Assembly: GCA_951406725.2 (NCBI GenBank)
Contig: OX597832.1
Span: 16,306,001-16,370,000, forward strand
Direction: 5' to 3'
DNA: 64,000 nt
Source of the DNA: Octopus vulgaris
Taxonomy: Eukaryota
How positions within the stretch are numbered: position 1 is the first letter of the stretch; the number at the start of each line of letters is the position of its first letter. The translations under genes and the position numbers were made by a program. The notes beneath the pieces are model-generated. The model worked only from the letters and a program-made list of their open reading frames with translations. It ran no database searches and was not told the origin of the DNA. This document shows, piece by piece, positions 13,981 to 27,930 of the stretch.

Positions 13981-14428
13981 TTACTCCGATAAAAATATAA
14001 CTAGAATTAATTATGATTAAAAGTATTAATCGTACGGCAATGAATAGAAAAAATGTAATAATTTATCTAACGATCAACTCACGTTTCGAAACAGTTTTGA
14101 ATGAAATCCACATTTACTTGCAAAAACATGCTCATACTATTTTTCATGGAATATATTCACGTTTATTATTAAATAGCAAAATCTCTTCACTCAAAATAAA
14201 TTTCATGAAAATATTTCTGAAAATTTATTTTTCGGTAAGTTACGTAAATGTCTCGTGCTAAAAGTTTAGATATCTATTTTTGCACTTTTTTATCAAAATT
14301 TTGCTTGATTTTCAAACCTAAACGCGTCTGCAATGTTACTGAATACAAATTTATAAGATTTTATTTATTATACACATTTCTCTCGTTAGAATCGAGGAAA
14401 AAATTATATGCATAATCGTAATAATACC

Positions 14429-14588
<160 letters not shown>

Positions 14589-14735
14589 CAAATAATAACA
14601 ATAATGATAAAAGTAATAACAATAATAATAATACTGATAATAATTATACATATATATTTTTGTGTGCGTATATATTATTTCAATAACAATAATACCTATA
14701 TTATTTTGCTTCAATATTAATATGCATACATAGGC

Positions 14736-14801
<66 letters not shown>

Positions 14802-15304
14802 GTGTGTGTGTGTGTGTACGTGTGTACATACATATATAAGATCTATCAAGTTATCAGCGTGGAAAACCAATTAAGGAAAAAAAGTAATACAAATTACATT
14901 TTTTTTTCAAATATAAAATACATTATTTTATCAAGGACTATTTCTATAACAAATTACCCCCGTTGTAATGGGACTCGAAATTCAAACTACTTTAACAAAT
15001 GTACCCACGCACCGCAATCGTGAGAATGTACATAGAAGAAGTGCGACTAAACCTTTTTTAAAGCAATTTCTTCTATGTTCATCCTTAGGGTTTCGGTGCC
15101 GTGTATATTTATTGAAGTAGTTTGATATCAGAGTCACTTTACAGCGTAAGGCGTTACATATAGTAATAGCCGTTTTTCTAAATTTTTGAATTTATTGCGT
15201 TTTTAAATTTTGGAATATATTTTATAATCATTTTTGTATCTAGTCTGTTTTTTTTTTTCTTGTTAATTTTAGTTATTTATTTTTTTAATTTTCATATCAT
15301 TAAA

Positions 15305-16125
15305 ATGGAATGTCAAGTTAACATAAACGAGCATTTTCGACAACCACTTCTTTTTCTTTTTAATCAAGGTTTTAAGGTCCCAAAAGCTGCTCGCGACATT
15401 TGTTCTGTGTATGGAGAGGGTGCCATAGCTGAAAGAACCGCTCGTCATAGGTATGCCAAGATCAGAAATGAAATTGTTGACCTCAAATACACACCTCATT
15501 CTGGGAATCCAGTTGAGTTCGATGAAGAGCGATTAAACCAACTTTTGCACGAAAATACTCGTCAAACGACAAGGGAACTGACAGAGAATATGGAATGCTT
15601 CCACACTGCTTTAGATATGCATCTTCACTCGATGGGAAAGAGTGAGAAATATGGAGCATGTGTTGCGAATGCTTTAAGTGACAGCAAAAATCAACGAGCC
15701 ACAATCTCCACTGGTTTGGTTGCTCGTCACAGCTGAACGCCTGAACACAAGCAACGATTTCTTTATCGAATCACTACTGGCGAGGAAATATGGTGCCTGT
15801 ACATCAATATGAAGCAGCGTAAGGAATGTTTCAGTCCAGTTAAACGAGCGGCACCGCGCGTGAATTACGATCTTCATCCCCGTAAAACGATGTTGTGTGC
15901 ATGGTGGGTCTGGGAAGGGATTATCTATTACGGAACTCTATGTTCAGCAAAAGAAACTACTCAACGCGGTTGTTCAAGAGGAAAGACTTAGTCGGCAGCA
16001 TGGATTTCTACAGCTGCATCACAGCGCCCGCCTTCATATCGCCAATGTGATCAAGGAAGCTATTCAAACGCGTGGCTGGGAAATAGTGCCACACCGACCG
16101 TCCTCTCCTAATTTAGCATCAACGC
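15305..16125 (+). mobile_element. decayed mariner (DD34D) transposase
   Basis: N-terminal HTH (MECQVNINEHFR..ARDICSVYGEGAIAERTAR), in-frame stop at 15734, then FLYRITTGEEIWCLYIN (=FLxRIVTGDEKW), LHPRKTMLCAWW. After a frameshift or deletion: LHHSARLH (=LHDNARPH) and WEIVPHRPSSPNLA (=WEVLPHPPYSPDLA). 3'-truncated; TIRs not identified. Confidence 0.92.
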
Positions 16126-16278
16126 TCTTCTACAGAAAGGGACTCAGAAAAAAACAAGGAGAGTAACAAGGAGAGAAAAACATGTGTAGTGGCTAACGAT
16201 CTATTATCACGATAACTATCTGCCCCGGCTGAATAGTTTAGAATTATTTTTAGTCATATATTGGTATACGGTTATAAA

Positions 16279-16498
16279 GGCGGCGAGCTGGCAGAAACGT
16301 TAGCACCCCGGGCGAAATGCTTTGCGGTATTTCGTCTGCTGTTACGTTCTGAGTTCAAATTCCGCCGAGGTCGACTTTGCCTTTCATCTTTCGGGGTCGA
16401 TAAATTAAGTACCAGTTACGCAGTGGGGTCGATGTAATCGACTTAATCTCCTTGCCTGTCCTCTCTGTGTTTAGCCCCTTGTGGGTAGTAAAGAAATA
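16279..16498 (+). mobile_element. full-length SINE family A
   Basis: GGCGGCGAGCTGGCAGAA head, B-box GAGTTCAAATTCC, core, tail ..GTGGGTAGTAAAGAAATA; TSD GGTTATAAA(G) at 16270 and 16499. Confidence 0.92.
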
Positions 16499-16797
16499 GG
16501 TTATAAAGTTTGGAGCATGCATACGATAATGAAATATGTAGAGCAATGGGTAAAAATCTTTTTTGCTTTATAAGCTATTGCGTAAAAAATGCAGATTCAG
16601 TGCAGTCAGGTACTTTAAAAAGTTACAAATTTGAATTTATAGTTATGTAATGTTCTAAACCACGCAACGACTAATTATTTGCACGTGAAATTACATGGCT
16701 GGAAACAGCATGTCCCTGCTTATTTGAGTGAACCTGGAAGTGTAATGGTATACATGTAACGCTCTTTTTCTAGTTGGTTCTTTAAGTATATTACTTC

Positions 16798-17212
16798 GAG
16801 TGGCTGTGTGATAAGTAGCTTGCTAACCAGCCACATGGTTCCGGGTTCAGTCCCACTGCGTGGCATCTTGGGCAAGTGTCTTCTGCTATAGCCCCAGGCC
16901 GACCAATGATTTGTGAGTGGATTCGGTAGACGGAAACTGAAAGAAGCCTGTCGTATATATGTATATATATATATGCATGTGTGTGTATGTGTTTGTGTGT
17001 CTGTGTTTGTCCCCCTAGCATTGCTTGACAACCGATGCTGGTGTGTTTACGTGCCCGTCACCTAGCGGTTCGGCAAAAAGAGACCGATATAATAAGTACT
17101 GGGCTTACAAAGAATAAGTCCCGGCGTCGATTTGCTCGACTAAAGGCGGTGCTCCAGCATGGCCGCTGTCAAATGACTGAAACAAGTTAAAGAGTAAAAG
17201 AGTAAAGAGAGT
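16798..17212 (+). mobile_element. CORE-like tRNA SINE family C with internal (TA)/(TG) microsatellite
   Basis: A-box AGTGGCTGTGTGAT, B-box GGTTCAGTCCC, CORE-like CATCTTGGGCAAGTG, tail GTCAAATGACTGAAACAAG(TAAAAGAG)n; second copy at 63632. Confidence 0.9.
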
Positions 17213-17720
17213 CTACGACTGTCACTAGGTTCTTTAGAAACATCTTACGTAAATCCAGACGGAGATAAATAATTTCATGAAGCACATCTGTCATTACCAC
17301 CGAAAGATTCGGAGAGACTCTGCCTTCAGTGTATCTAATATTAAAGTAATTAATTTTGAAAACCTTCCCTTGTTACAATGGTTAACTGGTTTCCAAACGG
17401 ATTTTAAAACATTCTCCTGCAGGTTCATTGACAACATACGCTGATGAATTACTGTTTTAATATATAAGAATTAATTGAAATGACAATTGAATGTCATGAG
17501 AAGTTTACCTACAAAACGTTTGTGTCATTACAATGGCTGATCAGATTATAAATCATGAACTGTGTACAATATATTATGCAGTAAACCAGATACATGTCTT
17601 TCTGTTTACCAACAAAAAAAAATGGTCATGACAATTTTTTTTTTTCTTTCTTGAACTCAGAAACAATAGGTGTTGATCGCCGAAGATATAACAATAATAA
17701 TAATGCTGATGATGATGAGG

Positions 17721-17884
<164 letters not shown>

Positions 17885-18178
17885 GTGTAACATTATGGGA
17901 GTGAGACAAAAGACCAGAGCAGTACAAATAAGATAAGTGACAACGTACGTAAACAAAGAAGAATCAATAATCTAAATAAAATAACATAACATTGCATGAC
18001 AAGTGAATATTGTTCAAACACTTGTTTATACTATTGGAAATCCGAAATATGCTCTGGCATAATTATCGTTCGCACATACACACACACACACTCACACACA
18101 CATACATACATATATATATATATAGAGAGAGAGAGATGTCTAGACGCAACGTATAAACAAACAGGAAGAATTCAGAAG

Positions 18179-18730
18179 TCAGTATTAGTGACTGAGGTTA
18201 CATTGTAGTACGTGCATCTGCTAGAAATAAGAGCCAGGTACTCTTATAACCACAAACATAGCTTATGTCTATGTATTGAAACGGGAGTTAACCGCCCTAT
18301 AGCGATTGAAGGTACTGAATTTGCAAAGCAGTTTCGCTTGAAATTACAGTTCATCACTGATACTACTAAAACGCTTATAGTTAAATCAAATCCAACCTGT
18401 CAATGTATATATCTGATCATGAGAATCAGTGGCTGATTCGGCAAAATGGTAATAGGAAACTATAAATATGTTGACGATGTTGCACTATAAAACCGTAAAT
18501 GAAGAATTCAATTGTCACTAATAGTGACTGAGTGTGCATGGTTGCACCTACATTGCAAGAGATGAGAGACAAAGACTCTTATAACCACAAGCATTGCACA
18601 AGTCTACGAACTGACAAGGGAGTTAACCACTCCATAGTGAGGGTACAAAATTGGAAAATTTGAAATTAATGTTCTGCAGTAGTACTAATGAAGCCTTCAT
18701 ATTTTACTCAAATCGATCATGTCAGTATAT
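18179..18730. repeat. old direct duplication (~220-bp units, ~340-bp period)
   Basis: Shared blocks TAGTGACTGAG, ACTCTTATAACCACAA, GGGAGTTAACC, TTGAAATTA and TCAAATC occur in the same order at ~18180-18410 and ~18517-18730. Confidence 0.75.
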
Positions 18731-19138
18731 AGATTTTGCAAGAATATTGTTTGCTAGGGCCGGTCAGAGAATGACAATTTGTTTCATAGCTAAAAAACAC
18801 TTACTTGTATATCGAATTGCCAGATTCAGTTGATCGGAGTCATGTAACTTGTGTAGAACTGAAGTGGGGGGAACGTCATGACATATTGTGAACGAACACT
18901 TGTAGGCTTTCGGGTGATATGGGTTTATGAGATATTAAAAAGCTTATGAGATAGTAGACGTCATGACTGGAGCCATCTTATGGGGGATAACTCGGACTTA
19001 CCCGAAAATCTATGGGTTAATGTTTCAGCCGAAATACTTCAAAAGCTCAATATAGGTAGAGAGGCACCGGGCCAACAACTCTCTCTCGTGATAGATCAAA
19101 TGTGAAAATCGAGCTAATCCGATATCGACCAGCTGTCA

Positions 19139-19480
19139 CCGTTAGATAACCAATGCTTTAGGATAAACCGAGCTTACAGACGCTCAGTACCCACAGGAGA
19201 ATTTATTCTCGGTTACATCTCTATTACATATGTGCATATGGAAGCAAGTGAAACCCCGATCGTATAACCACACTTCCTCGTTTAGATATAGGGATACGAA
19301 GGCTCAATCACCTTAGAGAACTACTTCGGGGAAATAAATGATAGTAATAAAAAATATTATATATAAGGTATGCTGTAGGAAATACATGGTGCCGCAAAAT
19401 TTTGGAGAAATCTTCGACTACCCTTACATGAGACTCTAATATTTTGAAAAAGAGAACTTGCATTAACATGGATTCATTTA
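19139..19480 (+). mobile_element. decayed Penelope-like GIY-YIG endonuclease fragment
   Basis: Translates (with frameshifts) PLDNQCFRINRAYRRSV and PRSYNHTSSFRY, resembling PLE CPLxxxCLxxxVVYKxxV and RxxNHKSSFR. Confidence 0.6.
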
Positions 19481-20375
19481 TTTAAGAAACATCTGAAATC
19501 ATTCCTTTTAAAATAAACTAGTAGAAATCCTACGTCTGGCTCCACGTTGCTATGCTTTTGTGCTAACAACATATTTTATAAGCTTGAATTCCAGAGAGAT
19601 TTTTTAACTCCTTAATTTTGATTATATCTTCAAGTCAAATTCAGCTAATCCTCTCCTCCCCGCCCTCTTATGATACTATCATTTGAGTTGTCCACCTATT
19701 ACTTGCTTAATATTCTTATCTGTATTGTTGTCTGCTACCTGATTATCTTACTATACAATGAGTAGGGAATTGCTATGTCTCTTTAAATAATTCAATAAAT
19801 TTTCACTGTGAGCAATTGTGTTTATCACTAGCATATGAAAACTTTGCATATACTTACATTTAAAAATCTAATAATAACTTTCATTACAGACCCCACCATA
19901 ACACCTCTGAACAATACAGTAAAATATCAGATTTTATTTCTTTGCACGGAAACAATGTACAATTCCTGTATGATTACCGATATTACAACTGCCCTTTCCT
20001 ATCCACTCTGTAGTGCCTGTCAGAGACATGCTTAATTTAGATGGTTAAAGTTTCAAATATAATTTTGGAAAAATACCCTTCCTTTGGCAATGAAACGACT
20101 GTGTATGAAGTACCTAACTATACAACTCCAGTAATTATACAAGCATTTATAAGCCATAACCAAACGTCTAATATCAAATCATTGGGTGCATCTTCTGTAT
20201 AGCTATCTATTTATCTATGTATCTATCAATCTATCTATATACCCCCTCTCTGTATCATTATGTATATACATACATACATGCATACATACATACACACATA
20301 AAACTATGATCCAGATTTGATGAGAATATTATTGAGCACGCTCAGAATAACCTCAAGTAAGACGATAGCAACAAT

Positions 20376-20530
<155 letters not shown>

Positions 20531-21129
20531 AGTGTTGTTGTACACACACATGCGAAAATGGGAGTGAATAACTGAGAAAAAAAGTATGTAAACGCACAGG
20601 TTACATATCTTTATTTTAATTCAATGGTAAACCTAACAGATGGTTGTATTCGCCATATAATAAGCCAAAACACTTGTGCAGATCGTAAAAATTGCTTTCA
20701 GGCGTCTGGTTAGACATTGTTTTTGTAGTGTTTGTTTGTTTTCTTTTGTTCCTGTATAATGGATGGTGTTTAAACAGATGCAATTTTCCCGATTTGAGAT
20801 GCATATCAGCAGATCTAAACGAAATATAATTAATGAGAAAAATATGTAGAAAGAACTCATTGTAAGAAAATAAAATAAATTTTGCAATTTATGCTATCAA
20901 ATAAAAAAAAAATTGCTTAATGCTATATGAAATTCGAAATAAACGTTTAATAAATTAGATTTACTGACTGAAATATATAGTTTATTTTATCATTTAGACT
21001 CCATCAATTTTAATAGTATGGTGTCAGATATTATTCACTGAACCAGACTTGTGATAGCAAAGCAATCAATGTAATATCGAACATAGTGTACTGATGACGA
21101 AAATACTGATACTACAAATAATAATGATG

Positions 21130-21330
21130 ATTTCGAATTTTAGCACAGGGCCAGCAGTTTCGTAAAGGCCGTAAGTCGATTGCATCGGTCCCAGTACTCA
21201 ACAGGTACCTATTTACTTGAGCCCCGAAAGAATGAAAGTCAAAGTCAAACTCGGTGGAATTTGAACTCGGAACGTGAAGACGGACGAAACACTGCTAAGA
21301 ATTTCGCTCAGCGTGCCAAAATTTGTGCTA
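21130..21330 (-). mobile_element. SINE family A, diverged (further fragments at ~21360-21570)
   Basis: CCCCGAAAGAATGAAAG..GGAATTTGAACTC is the reverse complement of the family A core and B-box. Confidence 0.78.
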
Positions 21331-21833
21331 GCGCATTGCTTTTATGATAAAAGTTTCTATTTGAAGCACAATGCCTGGAATTCTGGGGGTAGGGAACTAC
21401 TCGTCCCAAGTGTTTCTCTGGTACTTAATCGTTCGACCCGCAAATACATGAGTGGCAAAGTCGACCCGCGGAAGCATGAGTAGCAAAGTTGACGAGCTGC
21501 AAAAATCGTTAGCCTGTCGGGTGAAACGTGTTGCGGTGTTTTATCTTTATTTTATGTTCCGAGTCCAAAACGTGCCATTAGAGCTGCATAAAATATGGGA
21601 GAGTTGACTAATGAAATTGATTAAATCTACTTATATTTATCAAAAGAAAAACAGGATGCAAAGGATTTAGCGGTACATGTGTTTCTGGCTTTATTGGACA
21701 GTTTATATCAATGCATAATTGATGTAACATGTATGTCCATAGCCTTATTCAGCCGCGTACAATAACCATACCAAAGATATGTATTACATTAGAGCAGGTT
21801 TGAGAAATTTGGGAAGAAGACGAGTTTCGTGGG

Positions 21834-21929
<96 letters not shown>

Positions 21930-22127
21930 ACCACGTGTGTATCGTTGGCGAATTTTTCCTCCGTCTTCCCTCTTTGGATCTTTCCTTTTTCTATGTTTCT
22001 GACGTAGAGTTCCGCTCGAAACGTTAAATTCTCCTGGTTTCATTCCTTTTCTGAGCGGCCAATAACACAAAACTTGTTCCACGACGTCGCGTTTTGTGCG
22101 TTTTTCTGTGTTTTCATGCTTGGATTA

Positions 22128-22131
<4 letters not shown>
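21930..22131 (+). mobile_element. microsatellite-flanked cassette with degenerate minimal hammerhead (Penelope pLTR-like)
   Basis: CTGACGT-A-GAG-TTCCG-CTC-GAAAC-GTT at 21999-22025; flanked by (TG)n and (TA)n. Confidence 0.6.
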
Positions 22132-22224
<93 letters not shown>

Positions 22225-22792
22225 ATATATGTATGTGTGTATGTTTGTGCGTGTATCTAACAATCTTTATTTACCTTTTTGTTGAATTTCTTACAGTTTT
22301 TCATCTATATATACAACTGTTTATACACATCTGTGCTTCTAAATTTAAACGTGTATGCGTGTGTGTTTGTGAGTGTGTGTGAATGTATCAGTGTGTGTAT
22401 ATGTTTGTATAGGAGTGTGTGTACGTGCGTATGTGTTTGTATACGTGTGTTTGTATGTTCGTATAGAGTACGTATGGTTCCGTGTGTCAACTTCAGAATT
22501 TGTTTTCTTGCTGTTGAATATCATCATACAATCCTCTGTAGTACCAATTCAATTAATATTATTCAGATCTTAATCCAATATATATCATTGAATAGTGGGG
22601 CATATTCGCTTACATATAATAGAATGGTGTAATAAAGCCACAGACACTCACATGTGCAGACTTACATATGTGCTTCTGTGTGTTTATATCTTGACATGAA
22701 TACACACATAAGCAAACATGGATAAATATATGTGTGTGTTCATATGTACATATGTATATATATATGAGTGTTTGGGTATGTATGTTCGTGTG

Positions 22793-22837
<45 letters not shown>

Positions 22838-23249
22838 GAATGTATGTATGTATATATGTATGTATGTACCGATGTAAAATTTAAAATATACAGACATAAA
22901 GATATTAGGATTTTTGTTACTGGTTTTATAAGATATAATCCTGAACAGAGATATAATGCGTAGTATATTATTCCATTATTAAGTTATTATTCAACGATAA
23001 GAGTTACTAATATCATTTAAATTGAAATTAAATTGTATACCCACGATATCATTGAAATAGCGTGTGCGTGTAAGTGAGGCATTATACGCATATGCATACA
23101 CACAAGTATTCACGCAAAACAACGCACGTAAAAAGACGTATATGCATCTAATGATGTGTACGTATATATATACATATAAATAAATATATAATATATATAT
23201 GCATATTCATATATATGTATGCATATATGTATGCACACAGACACACAGA

Positions 23250-23296
<47 letters not shown>

Positions 23297-23301
23297 GTAC
23301 G

Positions 23302-24418
23302 CAGGGTGTAAATAAATTGTCGTCAAAATTACGCAACACATTTTTTACAGAAAAGTATCTTCAAATACTACAGAGAGTATATTTATTCAATAAAATCGGA
23401 ATTGGCTTCAAACACCGCCTCCAGAGACGATATCGGAATCCCGTGCAACTCTTCCGGACGCTCTCCTTTTTTAAGCTGGTAAATGCAGCCATAATCTTTG
23501 CCTTCACTTCACGTTTCGTGTTAGAAAGTGTTTTGTTGGTCTATCACTGAACTGCACCCCATACACATTAATTGAGGAGGTGGAAATTTGTGGAGGGAGA
23601 TGGACAGATGTTAGTGGTGGAGTGGTCTCAGAAATTGTGTGACAGTCGTGACTGGCTTCTGCTGCAGGTGACAAGTCGTGATTTCAAACATAGGGAATTC
23701 CAGCAAACACATTGTTGGCCAAAGGACGTACTACCTCCTCCAGTCACTTGATGTAGGCATCTGTATTGAGTCTGAGGCTGTGTCGGAAGATAATGAAACC
23801 ATAATGTCTACATCACTAGTTATCACTCCAAACACCATGATGTTGACTGGATGTTTGATTTTTATCACTCTCAGTAAATGTTCTGGGGACACAGCAAGCC
23901 AAATAATGTCATGTGTGTTCCCCATCTGCTCCTGGCTGGAATTGCTTCTCGTCTGAGAAAAACCAAAGCATGTTCGGTTGCAGGGGAGGCTTGCATTTGT
24001 TCAAAAGCTTTGTAGTGTGGTCTTACATGTTGTCCTTGATGTATCGAGCTAAAAATTGGCTCTTTCTCGTATTGTACGAAACTCAGAAACTCATACGAAA
24101 CTCAGACACTCCCATGTCCCTGCGATAGACCTGATTGACTTGGAGGTATCGTGGACAATCACGGCCTAGATTCAGGAGTTCTCTTATTCAAACGATTAGA
24201 GCTATTCCAGCTCCTTCCGAATCCTTTACACTGTCCTCAGAAAGAAACCCAAACACACTGAAATATCTGTATTGGAATTTCTGGTGCGAATGTCAAAGAG
24301 TAGAACATGTCGTTTCCGAATTTCTGGTACAGGGATTTGTATCATGGTACTGTCTATAATATGTAGTCGTCAAAAAAACAAAAACAATGTTCATGCGCAA
24401 ATTTAACACATAAAATGG

Positions 24419-24420
<2 letters not shown>
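23302..24420 (-). mobile_element. decayed Tc1/mariner-superfamily element (DD37D/maT-like)
   Basis: Minus-strand fragments WFFSDEKQF, KIKHPVNIMVFGVITSD, LRLNTDAYIK*LEEVV, degenerate WPPxSPDxNPLDY-VWG and EAVFEANSDFIE*. One terminus CAGGGTGTAAATAAATTGTCG at 23302; the other is lost in (TA)n. Confidence 0.85.
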
Positions 24421-24461
<41 letters not shown>

Positions 24462-25507
24462 ATAGCTTGTCCTAAGTATTTCGCTTTTGTCCGTTCATTA
24501 TCACAGAATAATTGCTATATCAGCACAGGCACGACTATCATTACATTCTACACGCACTCTCTGGATACTGGCCGACACGTCACATAATCTATAGTGACTG
24601 ATATGAATGATGGCATGATACTGAATGGAATGATCCATTCGTCAAGTGGGAGGTGTGAGTCATATTTACTAATTCCCTACACCGAATATACTTTCACTCT
24701 TCAATGATGATGAATAATCATTCTGATTAGCACGAAATTGTTTTTATTAAATAAAACTTAACTATCAAATACTATTATTTTTTAAACATAAACAAACTCG
24801 CACAGACACACACACTCACATGTACACATACATATGCGTTCGTACACACACACGCATACACATACACACACGCATATATATTCATACACCTATATATGTG
24901 TGTGTGTGTGTGTGTGTGTTCGTTGTGTATGTGTATGTGTGTGTGTGTCTGTGTGTGTGTGTGTGTGGTACGAGTGTTGAGAGAGTGCAGCATGCGCTAC
25001 TCGCAAAGGAAACAGCTAAAATTTGCATAATTATGAATGAGGAATTGTTTTCAATGGGATAGACTACTCCATACGATAGAGACACGCCCTGAATTTTTAC
25101 AATACAGTAAAGAAATTAAAATACGCATGTACCATCCATTGGCATCCAGGCAAGCGATGGTTTGCATCTACCTCAGAACGAAGGGAAATCAGTAGCTAAT
25201 CGTTTACTCGAGCTATTGCAGTTAACGCTCGTGAAATCATTCTAATACGGCCGAGACACGTTCGCTTTAAATACCTCTGTATTCTTGGATTTAGAGTATT
25301 ATCGTTACTCTCAATATTTGTGGAAGTACACATGCAGCATATTACCGCACACATAACAAGTTTCCATGCTATTTCGTTTTTCATTGTTCTTGGTTCGATA
25401 TTATTGTAATAAATTTAAACGTTAAATTTTCAGTTACAGGAATTCATAAAGTTTAAATCAACTGTGTCATGCAGTAGGCGCTATAATAGCTAATAGTTAT
25501 ATTTTTT

Positions 25508-25890
25508 GCGCAATGACCAAGTGGTTACGGCAGCGGACTCGCGGTCGTAGGATCGCGGTTTCGATTCCCAGACCGGGCGTTGTGAGTGTTTATTGAGCGA
25601 AAACACCTAAAGTTCCACGAGGCTCCGGCAGGGATGGTGGTGATCCCTGCTGTACTCTTTCACCACAACTTTCCCTCACTCCTACTTCCTGTTTCTGTTC
25701 TACCTGTATTTCAAGGGGCCGGCCTTGTCACTCTCTGTGTCACGCTGAATATCCCCGAGAACTATGTTAAGAGTAGACATGTCTCTGGAGTGCTCAGCCA
25801 CTTACACGTTAATTTCACGAGCAGGCTGTTCCGTTGATCGGATCAACCAGAACCCTCGTCGTCGGAACCGACGGAGTGCTTCCACCACCC
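25508..25890 (+). mobile_element. SINE family B
   Basis: Colinear with 10387-10771 over its full length. Confidence 0.93.
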
Positions 25891-26839
25891 AAATGCTAAA
25901 TACTTTGGGAAAGTCATGAACATCATAATTTCAGATGTCTTCAATCCAAGAATACAGCTTTTGAAATACAAAATAGGAACAACTATTATTGACAATTCTT
26001 AGGAAACCTCTCGCTAATCTGGCTTCCTGATGGTGATTGTTGGAGCCTTCAGTAATATTTAATGGTATTGATAGTGAATATATTTCTTGGCGTCACAGCA
26101 GATATTAGTGTCAATATAGCTTTCGTGTTGTAAGAGACAGGAATATGATTTACGCATAATCTTATGTTTGTAATCTCCTTCATACAAAGGAACAAACTTG
26201 TTGCAAGTTAAGAAATAGTTAACTGTCTCTACATACGTACATCTAGCGCTATTGATTTGAATCAATGCAGCTACGTGTATCATTACATCATTCATCTCAG
26301 ATAATATCTTGAGAGACAGAGAGTATGCCTTCTAACAATACCGGTTGAATGTGATATTTGGAATCATTCCGTAGTAAACGTGAATTGGAAAATCCGTCTC
26401 TTTTTACGATTCTTATCATTCACAGCAGTGATGCCAGGAATTACGTATCATTAAATTCAATGTTCAATTTCCTCCGGCTATGAAAACACTAACAATGTAC
26501 TTCTTGTATTTCATAATATGAAATCGCCATATATGCTGGTATCATGTTTTAATTGACTACTACAAACCGTCAGGATAATGGTTCTATTTCTTGTGACGAA
26601 CCTATATATTTCGACCAACATTCAAATTGTGGCAATGATTCTTTTTGCCACTGTATATGCAAATATTTTCTAGATACTAATTATAACCCTATTGAAAAAA
26701 ACGTACTGTAAATTTTATCTCCAAATTTCTGACAGGACTTCCTCTCATAGGTGAGAAAATAGCATAAACGGATTATCGTTTATGAACATTCCACCAAATT
26801 GTCCTTGGTAGATTGATGGATATATACAGAGTGTCGGTA

Positions 26840-27082
26840 TTAAATATAACGATATTATGTCCCATTATATTAAGGAAAATTTAGTGTATTGGTAAATAGT
26901 CAAAGGGGTTGGAGAGCATAAATATAAAGCTGTAGCTGAGAAAAAGCTGATATGGCTTCCATTTCGCCATATCAGATTTTTCTCAGCTACAACTTTATAT
27001 TTATGCTCTCCAACCCCTTTGACTGTTTACCAATACACTAAGTTTTCCTTAATATAATGGGACATAATATCGTTATATTTAA
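26840..27082. repeat. near-perfect fold-back (117-bp arms, 9-nt loop)
   Basis: 26840-26956 is the reverse complement of 26966-27082 with 4 mismatches; loop TTCCATTTC; TTAA at both ends. Confidence 0.96.
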
Positions 27083-27737
27083 CTTGCCCTTCCATCTTTC
27101 TACAGAGTATATGTTTTTACGAACAGATCTGAACAGTGGTCAGAAAATAGCACAGTATAACAAGCAACAAAATTATATTAAAGGAAGTGTGTAAACTAGT
27201 ATAAGAAATATCACCCACAACAACCCTTATCTCCCCCGTCTTACTTCAGTTTTATATCAGATCAAGCCAGGTTGCAAGACATCGTATTATAATTGTTCTA
27301 ATATTATATTCATAGACATTAGACATTCCATTAATAAACTTCTATTTCCCGTATAACATTAAAGCAACATCTAAATATCTTCGTAGAATATATGTTTTCC
27401 CGAGTAATATATTGAATTTAACGTACGTAGTTATTAAATGGCCCCTCTACATGGGTTCTGCTAACTAAAAATCGTAGTGCAGTTTTCATTTTGGCATCTT
27501 ATACATATATGCGTTTGTTTAAATGGCGGCATTATTATAATTAGACTGGTTTTCAGACATAATTAGTGAGATTGCTGTAATTCGCCATTCAGTCCAATAA
27601 TCTCTGCTTAGTGGGGATACATTATGTTGCAGTTATCTGCAAGATCTTCGTATACTTTCCGTATACTTTCTCTGTACATCGTTATGTTGGAAACGGTAAG
27701 ATTATTCAGCTATCTTGAACGTTAGCGTACTTTCAAA

Positions 27738-27930
27738 TGTCACGTTACAGTTTTTTCCCCACTTACACAAGCCTATAACTGGTAACCCACATGCAAAGCC
27801 AGAATTACTCACCGCTACACGATCAAATTCGAATGTCACGTTACAGTTTTTTTCCCCACTTACACAAGCCTATAACTGGTAACCCACATGCAAAGCCAGA
27901 ATTACTCACCGCTGCACGATCAAATTCGAA
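27738..27930. repeat. tandem duplication (96/97-bp unit x2)
   Basis: TGTCACGTTACAG...GATCAAATTCGAA twice; the units differ by one T in a run and one substitution. Confidence 0.95.

Noticed and set aside
21812-21840. Minus-strand CGAAACTCGTC (3' half of a hammerhead); similar GAAACTCGTA near 44974
   Set aside because: The CUGAnGA half is absent or unrecognisable; at best relics.
25586-25837. Repeated ORF MVVIPAVLFHHNF... (also 43897-44100)
   Set aside because: It recurs only because it lies inside SINE family B.
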